Position numbers and translations under genes: made by a program. A model generated the notes under the pieces. The model was not told where the DNA came from. It made no database searches and was given only the letters and a program-made list of their open reading frames with translations. A stretch of 64,000 nt of DNA, from positions 128,001 through 192,000 of the forward strand of contig JBJBCN010000003.1 of the NCBI GenBank assembly GCA_047285805.1. The letters are read 5' to 3'. Shown here piece by piece: positions 62,323 to 64,000 of the stretch. This DNA is from Synechococcus sp. (lineage in GTDB: Bacteria > Cyanobacteriota > Cyanobacteriia > PCC-6307 > Cyanobiaceae). How positions within the stretch are numbered: the first letter of the stretch is position 1; each line of letters begins with the position of its first letter.

Positions 62323-63402
62323 ATGACGACCACCATCCAGCAGCGCCAAGGCGCTTCTGCGTGGAACCAGTTCTGCGAGTGGGTCACCAGCACCGACAAC
62401 CGCCTCTATGTGGGTTGGTTCGGCGTCCTGATGATTCCTTGCCTGCTGGCAGCCACCATCTGCTTCATCGTTGCGTTCATCGCAGCACCCCCCGTCGACA
62501 TCGACGGCATCCGTGAGCCTGTTGCTGGCTCCCTGATCTACGGAAACAACATCATCTCTGGTGCTGTTATCCCCTCCAGCAACGCCATCGGCCTGCACTT
62601 CTATCCCATCTGGGAAGCCGCCAGCCTCGACGAGTGGCTGTACAACGGCGGTCCTTTCCAGCTGGTTGTTTTCCACTTCCTCATCGGCATCTACGCCTAC
62701 ATGGGTCGTGAGTGGGAACTCTCCTATCGCCTCGGCATGCGCCCCTGGATCTGCGTTGCTTACAGCGCACCCGTGGCTGCTGCTTCCGCAGTGTTCCTGG
62801 TGTACCCCTTCGGTCAGGGCTCCTTCTCGGACGCCATGCCCCTGGGCATCTCCGGCACCTTCAACTACATGCTGGTGTTCCAGGCTGAGCACAACATCCT
62901 GATGCACCCCTTCCACATGCTTGGTGTGGCTGGTGTGTTCGGTGGTTCCCTGTTCTCCGCCATGCACGGCTCCCTGGTGACCTCTTACCTGGTGCGTGAA
63001 CCCACCGAGAGTGAGTCCCAGAACTACGGCTACAAGTTCGGCCAAGAGGAAGAGACCTACAACATCGTGGCTGCCCACGGTTACTTCGGTCGCATGATCT
63101 TCCAATACGCCTCCTTCAACAACAGCCGCAGCCTGCACTTCTTCCTGGCTGCCTGGCCTGTTGTTGGCATCTGGTTCACCGCCCTGGGCGTTAGCACCAT
63201 GGCGTTCAACCTGAACGGCTTCAACTTCAACCAGTCGATCCTGGATTCCCAGGGTCGTGTGCTGAACACCTGGGCTGACGTGCTGAACCGCGCCAACCTC
63301 GGTATGGAAGTGATGCACGAGCGCAACGCTCACAACTTCCCCCTCGACCTGGCTGCTGCTGAGTCCACCCCCGTGGCTCTGCAAGCTCCCGCCATCGGCT
63401 GA
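62323..63402 (+). CDS. psbA: Photosystem II D1 protein, D1:2-type (Glu130)
   Basis: [16 protein letters not shown] (E130), [13 protein letters not shown]. Confidence 0.99.
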   Translation: MTTTIQQRQGASAWNQFCEWVTSTDNRLYVGWFGVLMIPCLLAATICFIVAFIAAPPVDIDGIREPVAGSLIYGNNIISGAVIPSSNAIGLHFYPIWEAASLDEWLYNGGPFQLVVFHFLIGIYAYMGREWELSYRLGMRPWICVAYSAPVAAASAVFLVYPFGQGSFSDAMPLGISGTFNYMLVFQAEHNILMHPFHMLGVAGVFGGSLFSAMHGSLVTSYLVREPTESESQNYGYKFGQEEETYNIVAAHGYFGRMIFQYASFNNSRSLHFFLAAWPVVGIWFTALGVSTMAFNLNGFNFNQSILDSQGRVLNTWADVLNRANLGMEVMHERNAHNFPLDLAAAESTPVALQAPAIG

Positions 63403-63455
63403 GGCTGAACCCCAACGATTCAGCTTCTTCTCGAACTTCGAGGACTGTTGAATCA

Positions 63456-63483
63456 GAAGCCCCCGCGAAAGCGGGGGCTTTTT
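63456..63483 (+). terminator. Rho-independent terminator of psbA
   Basis: AAGCCCCCGC-gaaa-GCGGGGGCTTTTT. Confidence 0.9.
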
Positions 63484-63594
63484 GTTGTTGGGATGCAGAT
63501 TCCAAGGGAAGGCAGCGGTGAAGCACAGCCTTCAACTCCTCGTAGTCGCGTCGCTCTTACGGAGGGGCTGGAGCGAGTCATGACGCCAAGTGCC

Positions 63595-64000
63595 TTAGGC
63601 CTTCTGCCAAAGGACGGGCTTTCGGCGTTTGGGATAGAGCTCTTGGCAGAGGGGACAGACACGTCCATCACAACTGCGGGCCGTGCAGAACTCCCGCCCG
63701 TAAAAGATGATCTGAAGGTGGAGCTTGTTCCAAGCGTCCTTGGGAAAGAGGCGTTTGAGATCCGTCTCGGTGCGAGAAACGCTCTCACCACTGCTCAAAC
63801 CCCAACGTTGGGCCAAGCGATGAATGTGGGTGTCCACGGGAAAGGCGGGCACACCAAAGGCCTGGGCTATCACCACGCTGGCGGTTTTATGGCCCACTCC
63901 GGGGAGCGCCTCCAATGCGGCAAAACTGGCGGGGACTGCACCGCCGTGGCGCTCAAGCAACAATTCCGCGAGGCGCTTGACGTTGCGGGCTTTCGTTTTC
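63595..64000 (-). CDS. nth: Endonuclease III (3' part; starts beyond the window)
   Basis: LPGVGHKTA HhH motif, VDTHIHRL, C.ARSC....C.LC Fe-S motif. Confidence 0.93.
   Translation of the reverse strand, partial: KTKARNVKRLAELLLERHGGAVPASFAALEALPGVGHKTASVVIAQAFGVPAFPVDTHIHRLAQRWGLSSGESVSRTETDLKRLFPKDAWNKLHLQIIFYGREFCTARSCDGRVCPLCQELYPKRRKPVLWQKA

Overview
Chromosomal window from a GC-rich, phycoerythrin-containing picocyanobacterium (Synechococcus/Cyanobium-like). It has three parts. (1) 1-9.9 kb is a visibly AT-richer phycobilisome rod gene cluster (tandem Nif11-like protein, cpeR, cpeT, cpeS, small ORF, cpeE, mpeD, cpeC, pentapeptide protein, cpcL/cpcG2, aplA, a second T-type lyase) ending at the 3' end of tRNA-Phe(GAA). 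(2) The GC-rich backbone carries metK, rpsA, nrdR, psbT-psbB, a ferredoxin, psbM, prmC, tsaC, psaB-psaA, cbiG/cobJ, tRNA-Pro(CGG), lipA, Fd-GOGAT, rpsL-rpsG-fusA-tuf-rpsJ, pheA, rnhB, rne, two B12/radical-SAM genes, dapL, clpS, cofG, psbA and a partial nth. (3) A second lower-GC islet of about 5 kb (19.9-24.8 kb) holds small hypothetical genes. No CRISPR array, integrase or transposase was seen, and no clearly novel multi-gene system is supported. The best leads are: the islet appears to sit inside a decayed dprA gene; it contains a three-hairpin sRNA candidate of about 105 nt with its own sigma70-type promoter and terminator; the psbA copy has three substitutions at normally conserved D-E loop/QB-region residues; and several small ORFs were missed by the ORF track, one broken by a single-base frameshift. 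Family assignments come from motif recognition and recall, not database searches. GC contrasts were judged by eye.
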